Positions 37,700 to 52,427 are shown, counted from the first letter of the stretch. The stretch is 64,000 nucleotides of DNA from Octopus sinensis (GCF_006345805.1 NC_043002.1:12524001-12588000), one strand, 5' to 3'. A program made the numbers and translations. The notes: a model not told the origin generated them from the sequence alone.

Positions 37700-38918
37700 T
37701 TAGCCAGCAGGACAAAAATTGCTGCCTAAAACTACTTGCTCAGCTGTTTGGTAATCCAGGTTCGCAGGGCAATCTATCAGAAGCAGGCTCTTAAGTAAAT
37801 TGTTGGTCTTGCTTTTTGGAATATAAAATTTCAAGAACGTAGAGACCACTAATTTCGTATGTGGAAAAGAAAAGATCAACATTCGTATCATCGCGCAGAG
37901 TGAAACTTAACTTGCCGGAATTGCGAAACAAAAGGAAGTTGGTTGAGGTTATGATTTTGGTCTTGTCGCGTAAAAGCGAAGGTAATTTCTTTCTATCAGA
38001 TCTTTCAAAATCCTTTTCTTCTCAAGCAAAATGTGTCAGTGATCGCATCGTAGCGCTTATTCGTAAACTTTTCAACTACTTCGCTGTTACGGTTGATGCC
38101 TCTACGCACTTCTCTGAGAAAGAAATCGACGATTTTATATATAACCAACTTCGGTTAGTCACCACAAAAGTTCCGCACGATTACAAACTTACCCTCATGT
38201 GGAATTTCAACGCTTGGATTGTAACCGATGACCTAAGGTGACCCAGAGCCAAAGTTATCCCCGACGTTAATAAAATGAACACAAATGTATTACGACTCCT
38301 CTCAGCGAAGAATTCGATCTCACTATCTCCAGAATTCAATTCCCAAACAACCTAAACATTATAAATCAACATTAAAAAGTTAAAGGACAGAACGCAGTCG
38401 ATTATGGCATCACAATGAAACCAGATGTAAAGGATTTTCGCATAGCACACACTTTTCATAACACCTATTTCACAGCAATCCTTCTTTTCGTCTCGTAAAT
38501 GCTTAGATTCTTATATCTAATATCCCTTAATTGATCAATGTCTTGCCTCTTAAATCCAACGATAAGAAAGGATAGTTATCTGAGAAACACTCGGAAATAG
38601 CATTCTGATGTTGTCTATTCTGTCTTCTTTGAAATCCTTGGACTCCGGATACAGAAACATTTGGATTGCCTGAACGATAATGACACCGAACCTAAACTGT
38701 TTCGGAAATGAAGAATTCATATCAACTGTGAATTAACGACAGGAATTCTTCGACCGAAAAAGAAGTCAAATAGAGAATGCAAAATGCAGGTTCAGACGAA
38801 TATCAGAAAAATGAAAGAATCCTGTTAGCTGGCCAAAAATATTAAAGTACTGGACGATTTTAACAGAAAGGTGACTAGTTCTTTTCTGGAGGTCTTAAAA
38901 TAGTGTATAGTCCAAGGG
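37700..38918 (+). pseudogene. RTE-clade LINE fragment (AP endonuclease and linker), heavily decayed
   Basis: EKEIDDF.YNQL..TKVPHDYKLTLMWNFNAWI (GDFNARVG-like), QKHLDCLNDNDTE, GLKIVYSPR. Confidence 0.75.
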
Positions 38919-39526
38919 AAAAAAGTGGATTTTTACCTTTTGACCGACAGATTTTAAAAATAATTTTTTGTAACTAAACACTTTCAAACTTCGGACACTG
39001 GTAGAATGTGTCATATAAAACATATTTTACTCTTAGCATTTTTGAGAAAAACTTATATTTACGATGTTATTTCACGTTAAAGTTGTCCTATTTCGGTAAT
39101 TTCAGCCAATCAATGACGTGCATTCAGCTGAATAAAATTACTGCTGTTGTTTGTAAACAAGGACCTCCGGCGATGTATATTTCGTTTGTCACTGTCTGTC
39201 ATAATTTGATGACTATTTAGCTGCTATTTCTAGCATGTCTAGAGATTATATAAAGGCTTATTATGCTTTTTCAGAATATATGTACATATACGAACATGTA
39301 ACTAAATGCATGTCTTTGCAGTTGTTCCCCCCCACACTTTATTAATGTCTGCTTCTGCCTGTGTGTATTAAAGTCTTCTGTATGTTTTAACATGTGTGCG
39401 TTTATCCATTTCTGTGTGAATGTGTGTATGTGTATTCACATTTGTGTGTTTGTGTATTTATCTATGTTTCCTCTTGTATGTTTTTACACGAGTGCATTTT
39501 TCATAGTATACGTGTGCGTGTATTTA

Positions 39527-39754
39527 CGAGAAACGACCGTTAAAGATTTTCCCTGATCCACTTCCGGTTATTGCAGGAAACGAAACTTGTGTCTCTATAT
39601 GTCACACTGAAAATTGCAGCTTTCCAATTGTATTCGTTTGTGTTTTCGGGTTGCTGAAGTGGACTAAGGTGATGACTATTTAGCTGCTATTTCTAGCATG
39701 TCGAGCGATTATACAAATGCTCTAATGGAGGCAGCTGAATGCAGATCAGTGATA
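39527..39754 (+). mobile_element. Left end of the 44527-45762 mariner family, with a ~54 bp insert
   Basis: TA|CGAG..TAAAGATTTTCCCTGATCCACTTCC TIR match; extra segment at 39671-39724. Confidence 0.75.
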
Positions 39755-39817
39755 GTATACACGTGTGTCTATTTTTACATACTTTTACATGTGTGTGTGT
39801 ATGTTTACATGTATGTG

Positions 39818-41050
39818 TAGAGGTCAGATCAATAAGTATCCGGACTGTTGCCATGGTAACGAAGCTAAAGCACGCAGAGTAGGCGCAGGAGTGGCTGTGT
39901 GGTAAGTAGCTTGCTTACGAACCACATGGTTCCGGGTTCAGTCCCACAGCGTGGTACCTTGGGCAAGTGTCTTCGACCAAAGCCTTGTGAGTGGATTTAG
40001 TAGATAGAAACTGAAAGAAGACCGTCGTATATATATATGTGTGTGTTTGTGTGTCTGTGTTGTCCCCCCAACATCGCTTGACAACTGATGCTGGTGTGTT
40101 TACGTCCCCGTAACTTAGTGTTTCGGCAAAAGAGAACCGATAGAATAAGTACTAGGCTTCGAAAGAATAAGTTCAGGGGTCGATTTGCTTGACTAAAGGC
40201 GGTGTTCCAGCATAACCGCAATCAAATTACTGAAACAATTAAAAGAGAAAAGAGTGATACCCCTTCATAAAGATTAAACTTGAGCTCTCCTGTGCATGCG
40301 CGCTTAGTTCTAACGTTCGAGCTCACTTCCGCTGTTTACAGCAGTGCTTCGAAGGAAGGGATGTAGTTTGTGCTCGTCGCAATGACCAGGAAAGAGAAAG
40401 CTGTCATGGCGATACCTGCTCAGAGGCCTACGCAAACGTGCAGAAAGTGTATGGAGAGAAGTGTATGAACCACACACAAGTGTACGAGCGGTTCAGACGT
40501 TTCCAAGATGGCCGAAAAAATGTCGATATTGACGAACGTTCTGGGAGACCCGCAACGAGCAGATCTGAGAAAAACATCGCAGATGTGTACGCAGCTGTGA
40601 GAGGAAATCGTCGAATCACCGACAGTGAGTTACCAGAGGATGTGCAGATTAGTTACGGTTCAATTCAGTCCATCACTGAAGACTTTGGTATGAGACGCGT
40701 ATCTGGCAAGTTTGTGCTAAAACTGCTTCAGCTGACCAAGAAGACACTCGAGTTTCAATTGCACAAGATCTCTTTGATTGTATTGAAAACGATGAAAACT
40801 TTTTGAAAACTTTGCGTTGGACTCTTTTGGTAAGATTTGATGCAGACTCTCTCCTCAGCTTTCTCTGTCATGGTCAATGCGACGATCACTCACTGCACAC
40901 CTTTCTTCCAAGTGATAATGCAAACAGCGGAAGTGAGCAAGAACATTAAAACCTGCTGCGCATGCACAACAGAATTCAAGGTCAATCTTTAATCTGCGTG
41001 TTTTAGCTTCGTTACTGTCAGCAGTGCGGATACTTATTGATCATACCATG
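39818..41050 (+). mobile_element. Non-autonomous irritans-like mariner derivative made of two inverted left ends
   Basis: The transposase N-terminus (VYERFRRFQDGRK..DERSGRP..GMRRVSGKFV) stops near 40810 and is joined to an inverted copy of the left end (40811-41050). Confidence 0.8.
39881..40255 (+). mobile_element. SINE family A nested in the mariner left end
   Basis: Full head and tail; interrupts the mariner sequence. Confidence 0.9.
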
Positions 41051-41089
41051 TATTTGTGTATTTATCTACGCATGTGCCGATTTCTACTT

Positions 41090-41376
41090 ATCACGTGATA
41101 ATATTATCAACCAGACATTGTTATACATCGTTGATCACAATGTACCTTGCATCGTTCTAGCTTTCGAATGATGCCACCCCGGTGGTTAAGCGAGCAAGCC
41201 AACGTTCTTTTTGGTCGAAGGCTATACCATTGCTGGGTGATCCCTTTACAGCTGAGTGGACTGGACCAACCTGAACTGGAGTCTTTTACTCTCGAACAAC
41301 GTGTAACCAGTTCGGGAATCGAAGCCACGATGTCGCGATCGTGAGAACATTGCGCTTAACCACCGGGCCACGCATC
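41090..41376 (-). mobile_element. tRNA-derived SINE (CORE-like, further family)
   Basis: Minus strand GTGGCCCGGTGGTTAAG head, TTCGATTCCCG B box, CAGTCCACTCAGCTGTAAA motif. Confidence 0.7.
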
Positions 41377-41422
41377 TTCTACATATACATCTTCTACATA
41401 TACATTCATTCGTTTCTCAGTA

Positions 41423-41459
<37 letters not shown>

Positions 41460-42429
41460 CAATGTACAGGCTTAACACATGTAATTGTGTAATTCTGAAA
41501 CTTTGTGTTAGTGTGTGTGCGCGTGTGTGTGTGGATGTGTTTCTCTGCATTTTTATTCACGAGTTTTTCTCCGTATAGCTCTTCCTGTATGTGTTGACAT
41601 GTGTATGGCATATTTGTAACTGTCAACAAATGTGTTTCCCTATATATGCACACGTCTCCTTCTGTATGTCTCGACATACGTATGTATGTATGAATGTATG
41701 TATGTATGTATGTATGTATGTATGTATGTATGTATGTATGTATGTATGTATGTATGTGTATGCCTGTATGAATACATGTACGTATGCATATATGTTTGTT
41801 TGTATGCATGCATGCATGTATGTATGTATGTATGTATGTACTATGCATCTATGTATGTATTCCTGTATGTATGTATATATGTATGTATCAGTAATGTATG
41901 TAAATATGTATGTATTCCTGTATGTATGTATATATGTATGTATGTGTGAATGTATGTATGCATGTATGTATGCATGTATGTATCAATCTATATGCCTGTC
42001 CATATGTATCTATGTATGCATGCTTGTATATATATATATATATATATATTATATATGTGTATATGTATGTAGATACATATGTATGTATGTATATATGTAT
42101 GTATGCATGTATCTATGTTTATATACATGTGTGTATACATGTATGTATGCATGTATGTAGACAAGTATGTATGTGTATTTCTAAATATATATACATACAT
42201 ATATATATATATATATATATGTGGTGTGTGTGTGTGTGTGTGTGTGTGTATGTAATGCAACTATAAATGTATGTGTATGTGTCCATTGGTACATATATGT
42301 CTCTCGGTGTCTGTGTCTGTGTGGGAGTTTTATGGATCATTTTTTATTTCCAATTTCTCTCATTTTTTATTCTAAAGATTAGTAAAGTTGATAATATTTA
42401 TTATCTAAGGCGCAAAATATGATGTTGGT

Positions 42430-43219
42430 CTGAATAATAATAATGGTAAGGGTTAGCGGGGTAGTGGGGATGATAGCAGCGTTGGTGGTGATGGTGGTGG
42501 TGGTGGTGGTAGTGGTTGTGGTGTGGTGTGGTGATAGTAACGGTGGTGTTGATGTGGTGGTGGTGGTGGTGTAGTGATAGTAACGGTGGTGTTGATGGTG
42601 ATGGTGGTGGTGGTAGTAGTGGTTATAGTAACGGTGGTGGTGATGTGGTGGTGGTTGTGGTAGTGGTGGTGTGGTGATAGTAATAATGGCGGTGATGCTG
42701 GTGATAGTCGTCGCAGTGATCGTGGTGGACGTGATGGCTGTAGCTCTGGTGGTTTCGATTGTAGTAATGGCGCTGGTGGTGCTGGTGGTGGTCTTGGTGG
42801 TGGTGCAAGTGTTCGGGTGGCAGTGAGTGGGTGTGAAGAAAATGGGTAAGGGTGATGATGATTGCTATGGAGATGATGATGGTGATGAAAATATGGAAAG
42901 GACAAATTGTAGAAAGCGGGGGGTGGAGTGGGGTGTATTGTAATGATATCGCTGTTTTCGCTAAGAGAGTGGTTGAGAAATGGGGGTAAGATTATCCCCC
43001 TGCGCTTCCTCTTCCTACTGCTGCTGCTCCTGCTGCACCTCCTCTTCATCAACCTCATCATCTCTATCATCATCCTCATAATCATCATCATCATTATCAG
43101 GATAAACGATCGTATAATGACAGTTGTAATGGTGGTAACTGTGTTGGTGGCTGTGGTCTTGATAGCGAGAATGATAAATTATATTAACTTAAGCAATAAC
43201 AAAAACATAAAATAATAAT

Positions 43220-43281
<62 letters not shown>

Positions 43282-43345
43282 GACGATGATGATGATGATA
43301 AGAGTAATAATAACATAAATAACAATATTAATACTAATGAAGACG

Positions 43346-43376
<31 letters not shown>

Positions 43377-43500
43377 TAATAATAATACTAGTATTGATAA
43401 TGATAATTACCATTAAGAGTGAAGGTTGATGACAATACTAATTGCAGTAATAGCAAGTGCAACAGCAACAACAACAACACCAACAACAAGACTTATAAAG
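42430..43500. repeat. (GGT)/(GAT)/(AAT)/(AAC) low-complexity tract
   Basis: Direct inspection. Confidence 0.9.
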
Positions 43501-43820
43501 GACTAAAATATCGACTTATGGCTTCGGCAATAACAGCAACACCGCCATTCTCGCCCTCTCCCTGTCCCTTCCTCTCACTCTCTCTGTCCCTTTCTTTCTT
43601 TTTTTCTTTCTTTCTTTCTTTCTTTCTCTCTCTCTCTTTCTCTCTCTCTCTTTCTCTCTTTCTCTTTCTCTTTCTCTCTCTCTCTGTCTCTCTCTCTCTG
43701 TAACACACACACATACATGGTCATCAGCGGTAACATTTTGTAATCCTGGCACCACTATCTTTACAACTACCAGTACGGCCGCAACAATAGCAATAACAAA
43801 ACCAGCAGCAACAACTGTGG

Positions 43821-44010
43821 AGGGGCAATGGCCCAGTGGTTTGGGCAGGGGACTCGCGGTCGTAAGAACGCGGTTGTACTCTTTCACCACAACTTTCTCT
43901 CACTCTTTCTTCCTACATCTGCCACAAAGCGGAGAAACCATGATGTAACCCATTATGGTGTGGTAAACTATCAGATCCTAGTCTCGCTTGCGAATCCTCT
44001 GTACCCCAGG
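43821..44010 (+). mobile_element. SINE family D, internally deleted
   Basis: GGGGCAATGGCCCAGTGG head; TACTCTTTCACCACAACTTTCTCTCACTC segment. Confidence 0.65.
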
Positions 44011-44203
44011 ATGGTTCAGCTCTCCACCCGTTAAAAACAACTGTTTACGGAATGAGGATAACAACGTAGCTTTCGCACCCGTGCAACCGCCTGTCTATCG
44101 CGTGTGGTGGGTGGATCTTCAAGTTGCCACACGCATTCTTAGTAGCTTAGAGTAGGCTCGAATTAGAGATTATTTTTTGTGGCTAATGGTGTCAGCCCTG
44201 ATT

Positions 44204-44365
44204 GGAAGAAGAAGAAGAAGAAGAAGAAGAAGAAGAAGAAGAAGAAAAGAAGAAGAAGAAGAAGAAGAAGAAAAGAAGAAGAAGAAGAAGAAGAAGAAGA
44301 AGAAGAAGAAGAAGAGAAGAAGAAGAAGAAGAAGAAGAAGAAGAAGAAGAAGAAGAAGAAGAAGC
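44204..44365. repeat. (GAA)n microsatellite
   Basis: Direct inspection; source of the poly-E/K/R ORFs. Confidence 0.97.
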
Positions 44366-44526
44366 AACCACAAGTCAACGAGAGAACCCTGAGTTGGCTG
44401 TATGATCTTCTAGAAGTAGCAACCGAATTTCCCTCATGTCACAAGGTACTTCATAAAACGTTCCTGGATACATTCTTTTAAATAACTTACCTAGCTCTAA
44501 GCAAATGACGTGTAATCTTTGAGGTA

Positions 44527-45762
44527 CGAAGAGTGTTCATTGAAGATTTCCTCTGACCCACTTCCAGTTACTGCAAGAAACGGAACTTGTACAAGTATAA
44601 TTATACATGTCTCTACATGTTATATTGTAAATTGCAGCTTTCTACTTATACGTTTGTCTTTTACGGCTGCTGAAGTGGACCAAGGTGTTATGATGGAGGC
44701 AGTTGAATGCAGATGAGTGATAACGTTCTAATATTTGAAAGATCGTACACCAAAAGAGATTTTCGATGCGATGAAAGAAGTTTTTGGTGAGATGCACCCT
44801 CATACGACTTAGTCAAGCCCTGGCACCGCCAGTTCAAATGTGGTCGGACATGTAGGTGGAAACTGCTTCTATTCCTGGAGAACACATTCCACCACTGATG
44901 ACGAGACCCAACCGTAAAGTGAAAGTCGCCATTTTGGAGGATCGCCGCATAACTATTTGGCAACTAGCCCAAGAAGTGATGATAAATGTAGGGTCCGTGG
45001 GAAAAAGTATCATTCACGACCATTTTCACATGCGGAAGCTGTCTGCATGACGGATTTCCCGGACGCTCAAACCTTTTCAGAAACAGGAAAGAAACAATTG
45101 CACCCAAGCCCTTTTGGCAGTGTGTGAGAGGACAGTATGAAACATCGGTCCATCACAATGATCCTGAGACTAAAGTCCAGTCGAAGTAATGGGAGCATCA
45201 TAATTCACCGCCTCCAAAGTAGACTCATGTCCAATCCTCAGCAGACAAAGTGATGCTCGCAGTCTTTTGCGACCAGTGCGGAGTAATGATGATGGATTTT
45301 CAGGGAAAGGGCACCACAATTAACGGGGCATATTATACGTCTCTGCTGGAGAAACTGCGAAACACAATCAAAGCGGAGAGTTGTAGCATGCTGACCAAAA
45401 GAGTCTAGTTCACAATGTATAGGTTGCCCAAAGTAAACCACATTCCAGCGGCTATGAAATCCTTCTTCATCTCCCTTATTCTCCCGACCTCGCACCATCT
45501 GACTTCGACCTCTTCCCAGCCTTGAAATCTTTTTGAAATGGAATCACTTTTCGGATGATGAACTTATTTCTGAAGTAAAGTCTTGGCTTCAGACGCAACC
45601 TACCGACTTCTATAGACGAGATCTTCATAACTGCATAAAGGGTTGGGAGAAGTGTGTCACCATTGGTGATGGCTGAGTAGAGAAGGACTAATAATTATGC
45701 CAAGTTTCGTTTGTCCGTCTTTGGGAAGTGGGTCAAGGGAAATCTTTAATGAACACCCGTCG
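44527..45762 (+). mobile_element. Full-length degenerate mariner (irritans-like, DD34D)
   Basis: ~39 bp TIRs with TA flanks; broken transposase with KVKVAILEDRRITI, KVMLAVF, TINGAYY, PYSPDLAPSDF. Confidence 0.9.
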
Positions 45763-45787
45763 TAGCATGAAAGATGTACCACCAGCG

Positions 45788-45962
45788 CGGGAGCGGTTAC
45801 GTGGTTAAGGAGCTTGCTTTCCAACTATGTAGTCTTAGGTTCAGTCCCACTGCGCAGCGTCCTGAGTAAGCAGCTTCTCTTATAGCCACGGATATTCTAC
45901 TATAGCCGAATAGGGACTTGTAAATGGATTTGGTAGATGAATACTTAGTGGAAACCCATAGT
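45788..45962 (+). mobile_element. SINE family A head, diverged
   Basis: GGTTCAGTCCCACTGCG B box; GGATTTGGTAGA segment. Confidence 0.65.
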
Positions 45963-46173
45963 ATATATATGTACTAGTGCAGCTTTTGCTTGAAGCAACT
46001 AAAAGATGTATTAATATGCACGGATTTTTCAAATCATATTTGTAATATCCTATGGATAGGATTTACAGCAGCTAAAGCCTAGAGTTTTTAGAAACGTACA
46101 TAGTAATGCATGAGAATTTACTTCTCAAATTCTTGTTATTACGATATATTATAAAAATAACAAAAATACAAAT

Positions 46174-46239
<66 letters not shown>

Positions 46240-46529
46240 ATATATTATATATATATTTTATATATAATATATGTATACATATATGAGTATATAATATATA
46301 AATATATATGTGTGTGTATACATATATGAGTATATATATATATACATGTATAAATATATACAAATATGTATGCATGTATGTATTATGTATGTATAAATAT
46401 ATATATATATATATTATATATTATATATATATATAATTAAGATGTCAAGTATGAAATTAATAGAAAAGAAAAAGTTTGCTGTTTTATAAATACGAAGAAT
46501 AGTTTTATTCATCAAAGTATGTATCCATA

Positions 46530-47469
46530 TTGTCAATTAATGTAATGATGAAGATGATGATGATGATGATGATAATGATGATGATGATGATGAAGATGAT
46601 GATGATAATGATTATGATGATGATGATGATGATGATAATGGTGATGATGATGAAAATGATGATGATAGTGATGATATTGATGGTTATGATGGTGATGATG
46701 ATGATGACGGTGATGTTGATGATGATGATGAAATAACAAGTGTAAAAGCAACAAAACCACTGCAACAACAAAACCAACAACGACGAAGTGGACGACGTCG
46801 AGAAGAAGGAGGAGGTGGAGAAGGAGAGACAAGATGATGATGATGATGATGACGTCGATGATGATGAGTACGAGACAACGACAATGATGACGTCTACAAC
46901 GATGGTGAGGGTGATGATATTCATGATGATGATTATGATGATGATGATGAGGAAGTGGAGGACTACGATGATTGTGATGTTGACGGTGATGATGATCATA
47001 ATCAGACGGATGATAATGATGATGAAGGTGATGATGATGATGGTGATGAAGATGCTGAATACTATCATGAGCGAGGGAATGAGAGAGTGATGCTGGTGGA
47101 GAGAATGTGTGCGCGTGGGTGGGGGAGGTGGGGGATAAAAGGAAACACCATAAACGATATCAAAATACCAAATGATAAATCATATAATATTTTTTACGCT
47201 CATTTTATTTTAAAAACCAGTTTAAAGTACGATAAACTGCGTTATCACACGTAGAGAGGATATAAGAGAGAAGATAAAGATGATGATTAAACGAGATATA
47301 GATAGATTAAAAACTCAGAGAGAGGATGGGAAGAGAGGGAGAATGATAAAGAGAGAGACAGTGAGAGAGAGTAGAGATATTGACTCACCTATACTCCGAC
47401 AGATAGAGCGATATATAGCGATAGAGATAGCAGAGAAAGGTGTGAAGGAAACGATGATGAAACTGTAGA

Positions 47470-47528
<59 letters not shown>

Positions 47529-47707
47529 TATTATTATTATTATCATCATAAATAAAAAAATAATCATTATTACTAATGTTATTGTTATTATTTTTGCTGT
47601 TATTATTTTATCATACTCGTTATTATAAACTAAAATAAAGTCATTAGCATCACTATTACCATTATCCTTACTATCATTATTATTATTATTATTATTATTA
47701 TTTATTA

Positions 47708-47742
<35 letters not shown>

Positions 47743-48020
47743 TATAATTATTATTATTATTAATATTATCATTATTATTATTATTATTTTTTTATTATTA
47801 TTATTATCATCATCATCATCATCATCATCATCGTTGTCGTTATGAAATAAAATAAATCATTACTGTTATTGTTATTATTACTACTATTATTACCATTAAG
47901 ATTGCTATTGCTATTATTTTCATCATTACCACTATTATTCATTTTGTTATTAACATTAACATAATCGTTATTGTTATTGTTATTATTGCTTTACAATAAC
48001 AATAAAATGAATTATTATTA

Positions 48021-48062
<42 letters not shown>
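46530..48062. repeat. (GAT)n tract (46530-47065) and (TTA)n tract (47470-48062)
   Basis: Direct inspection. Confidence 0.9.
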
Positions 48063-49105
48063 ATAAAAATGGGCAAATAACATGAACATCAATTAATTGC
48101 ATGGCTTGACCCCTGATTTGTAAACTGATCACTTGGAGTCTAAACTAATAGTTGATAGGGAGAGAATAAAAAGAGGGGGAAAGGAAAAACGTAGACAGAG
48201 CGAGAAGGAGACAGTGAAAGAGAGGAAGAAACAAAATAGCACAGACGCAGATAGAGACAGGAATAAAAAGGCAAAGTTAGAGAGAAAGTGAGTGGAGAAT
48301 TTATCGCCCCTGATTAAGTAAAGGAAAAAAAAACCTTAGCGGAATATTAAGCTCCCATGTTTATTTTTTCTCCAATAAAATTTTAATGTGGTCTTGCTAA
48401 GGCGTTGGTGTGAGAGATTGGTGTGGTGGGAGAGAGAGGTTATTACCTACATCATTCTCTTCCCTCCTTCTCCTATACGGTTTTTCCCCTTTCTCCGGCT
48501 CTATTGAGAATTTTATTCAAATAATAATTAATGTATGTATAATGTATATATGTACGTGTGTATATATGGGTATATATGTACGTATAGTTTTTAATTATTT
48601 CCTTTTATCATATTCTATAATTACTTACAAATTCGTTATTTTATGAGTTTATATTCATAAATGTATATGCGAATTATATATATATATACATATACATACA
48701 TACATACATACATATTCACCAATGATATATATATGTGTGTATATGTATATACGCACATACATATATCTATGTAGACAATCATGTATACTTACACTCATAA
48801 ACACAGTTATGTGAATATATGTGTGTGAAGGCGTATTGTGTATGCGTGGTAAATATATATGTATGCATATACATACATACACACACACACACATATATAT
48901 ATATATTATATATATACAAACATACATACATATATACATAAAGATATACATATATATGTATGTGTTTATATATATATATATATACTCATTGTTACATACA
49001 TTTGTACACTCATATATACATTCATGCGTGTGTAAATTTTATGGTCAGATAATCGCTCAACTAATTTCTACATATTATGTATACAAACACACACGCACGT
49101 GTATA

Positions 49106-49160
<55 letters not shown>

Positions 49161-49686
49161 ATTATCTATATAGTTAGATAATAGATATAGATATATAGAT
49201 AATAGATATACGCAAATAAACGTATGCATAAACACACACTAACATATATATACACGCGTACACATATATATTTGTGTGTGTTTGTGTGTGTGTGTGTGTA
49301 TTTGTGTCTGAGGGAGTAAATATATTTGGCGGCTGTACATTAGTTTCCTTGTTTTTTGTTTTCTTTTTGTAGTTTATAAAATTTTGTTTCATTCCTCTGA
49401 ATTTAATGATGTGGTCTGAGACTTTGCTGTTTCCGTCGCTGATTTTTACATGATAGACTGAAATAATGAGTCACCTCACGTGCAAAATTCAGCCAAAACA
49501 TATCACACCTTTTACTTCTAAAGTTTCAAAATCTTTCTACTCTCTCAGCATCCACAGCCTCAATCTCTACAAAAACTGTACGAAATTTCGAAGACATTTA
49601 AATCATACTTCATTGGCAGTAATGTGACGCAAATATACCTAGAACCTCAGTCTACAGTATAGCGACAGATTCAAATATATTTTCTA

Positions 49687-50106
49687 ATACCTCTTTCTTT
49701 ATTACCCACAAGGGGCTAAACACAGAGAGGACAAACAAGGACAGACAAAGAGATTAAGTCGATTATATCGACCTCAGTGCGTAACTGGTACTTATTTAAT
49801 CGACCCTAAAAGGATGAAAGGCAATGTCGACCTCAGCGGAATTTGAACTCAGAACGTAGCGGCAGGAGAAATACCTATTTCTTTACTACCCACAGGACCT
49901 AAACATAGAGGGGAAAAACAAGGACAGACAAACGGATTAAGTCGATTATATCGACCCCCAGTGCGTAACTGGTAGTTATTTAATCGACCTCTAAAGGATG
50001 AAAGACAAAGTCGGCCTCGGCGGAATTTGAACTCAGAACGTAGCGACAGCCAAAATACCGCTAAGCATTTCGCCCGGCGTGCAAACGGTTCTGCCAGCTC
50101 ATCGTC
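49687..50106 (-). mobile_element. SINE family C, dimeric
   Basis: Two tandem units plus head. Confidence 0.88.
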
Positions 50107-50199
50107 TTATATATTCTAATACCGACAAGGAAAGTTGCAAGAACGACACAATGGAATATATCGTTTGCAGGTACTATATTTTACTCTCTGAAGTCAACT

Positions 50200-50300
50200 N
50201 NNNNNNNNNNNNNNNNNNNNNNNNNNNNNNNNNNNNNNNNNNNNNNNNNNNNNNNNNNNNNNNNNNNNNNNNNNNNNNNNNNNNNNNNNNNNNNNNNNNA
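50200..50300. other. Assembly gap (101 N)
   Basis: N run; a SINE C tail fragment follows at 50301-50387. Confidence 0.99.
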
Positions 50301-50411
50301 AGTACCAATTGCGTACTGGGGTCGATCTAATCAACTGGCTTCCTCCCTCAAAATTTCAGGCCTTGTGCCTTGAGCAGAAAAGAGAATATTATGCCACCTA
50401 TCCACGCATGA

Positions 50412-50832
50412 CTCTCTTTACTCTTTTACTCTTTTACTTGTTTCAGCAATTTGACTGTTGCCATGCAATGCCTTTAGTTGAGTAAATCGACACCAGGACT
50501 TATTCTTTGGAAGCCTAGTACTTATTATATCGGTCTCTTTTGCCGAACCGCTAAGTGACGGGAACGTAAACACACTGGCATCGATTGTGAAGCGATGTTT
50601 GGGAGACAAACACAGACACACAAACATATACACACACATACATATATATAAATATATACACATATATACGACTGGCTTCTTTCAGTTTCCGTCCACCAAA
50701 TCCACTCACAAAGCTTAGGTCGGCCCGAGGCTATAGTAGAAGACACTTGCCCAAGGTGCCACGTAGTGGCACTGAACTCGGAACCATGTGGTTGGTAAGC
50801 AAGCTACTTACCACACAGCCACTCCTGCGCCT
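50412..50832 (-). mobile_element. SINE family A, full length
   Basis: Complete head to tail. Confidence 0.92.
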
Positions 50833-51569
50833 ATAACTAATTCCTTGTTAAATCGTCTTTGTTTGACGCCACTACTGGGATTTTCAATACAAAAATGGTC
50901 TGTATTCTTCAAGTAAACATTTGAACTAGGTCTCACATCTGAAAGTATCTTCTAATCTTGCTTTCCCAAGCTTTAGAATCCCTATAAAAACGTCTTGGAT
51001 GCTCACTTGCCGCCTGACTAAAACACAATCAACTACAAAATAGTGTAACGTAACGAGAAGGTACCGTAAAGATAGATAGTAATATGACTCTGTCTACCGT
51101 AGATCAGGACATGAACTGGGAATGTGACCCCTTTGGGTTTCCTGAAGGGATTTGTGATGTAGTAGAGAAATATAAGGGATAATTTAGGGCGAAGCTATGT
51201 GTTGCATAGTGTAGCATGATGCAATGTGACATAATGGGATATATGCATATGTATGTGCGTTGCTTGTGTGTGCCTGTGTGTGTATGTGTGTGTGTTTGAG
51301 TGTATGTATATAGATCTACACATATAGCTGTCCATATGTATAAGTATGTACATGTATGTACGTATGTATGTATGTCTCTTCTATTTTTTAATTATTATAA
51401 ATCTCTCCACTGACGAGGGAACCGGTTTCCAATAAAGATAAAAGGCTCCATCTCTGGAATGTAGTTGACTCAAGGGAGACAGTGACACTCTTCTAATACC
51501 AAGGTGTAACCGCATGTGTAGGCTATGTCATGTTTCTGCGGAAGACATCACACATGTATATATGTATGT

Positions 51570-51690
51570 ATGTTGTGTGCACGTATACCATTATTCAGTT
51601 TTATTTCAAGATTTCTTGCAAATAGAGTCAGTTTCTAACTTAGATCGAAAGCTACTTCATTGGGATTTCAATATCAACAACAGGGTATTT
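51570..51690 (+). repeat. Unclassified interspersed repeat (second copy ~58965-59070)
   Basis: ATTATTCAGTTTTATT..ATTTCTTGC.AATAGAG..AGTTTCTAAC.TAGATC..CTTCATTGG.ATTTCAA.ATCAACA at both sites. Confidence 0.7.
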
Positions 51691-51780
51691 TTGTATGTAT
51701 GTATGTATGTATGTATGTATATATGAATGTATGTATGCTTTGTTAATGCATCTCTTCTCATGCATATACTTGCATATATA

Positions 51781-52161
51781 CAGGGTGTTTCAAAAGTCTC
51801 CATACACAGAAAAAATAATTTTTTTAATAAGAAACAGTTTATAAGAGCCTCTAGATCCCCTGATTTGACCCCTCTTGATTTCTATCTTTGGGGGCATTTA
51901 AAAGGCATGGTGTATCGCGGAAAGATATATGATATAAATCATTTGAAGGAACGCATCACCAACACATTTGCACACGTATTACCAGATGTGTTATTACGAG
52001 TTCACGGTGAGTTGGGTTAAACGTACTGCAATGTGTATTCAAAACAATGGTAACCATATAGAGCCTGTTAAATAAAAAAAAGAAACTGTTTTATAAACTG
52101 TTTTTTTTTTTTATAAAAAAGATAAATTGTTCCTATGTATGGCAACTTTTGAACGACTCTG
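51781..52161 (+). mobile_element. Non-autonomous Tc1/mariner-superfamily deletion derivative, 381 bp
   Basis: TA|CAGGGTG...CTCTG|TA, ~60 bp imperfect TIRs; retains only RSPDLTPLDFYLWGHLKGMVY..HLKERI. Confidence 0.85.
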
Positions 52162-52229
52162 TAGACACACTAATATATACATAAATGATACATACATACG
52201 TATGTATGTACGTGTGTATGTAGTCATTA

Positions 52230-52363
<134 letters not shown>

Positions 52364-52379
52364 CTATATATATCTATAT

Positions 52380-52414
<35 letters not shown>

Positions 52415-52427
52415 CTATATATATATC

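Noticed and set aside
51408-51435. CTGACGA-GGGAA CCGG TTTCC hairpin as a hammerhead
   Set aside because: Not followed by GAAA, stem III or NUH.
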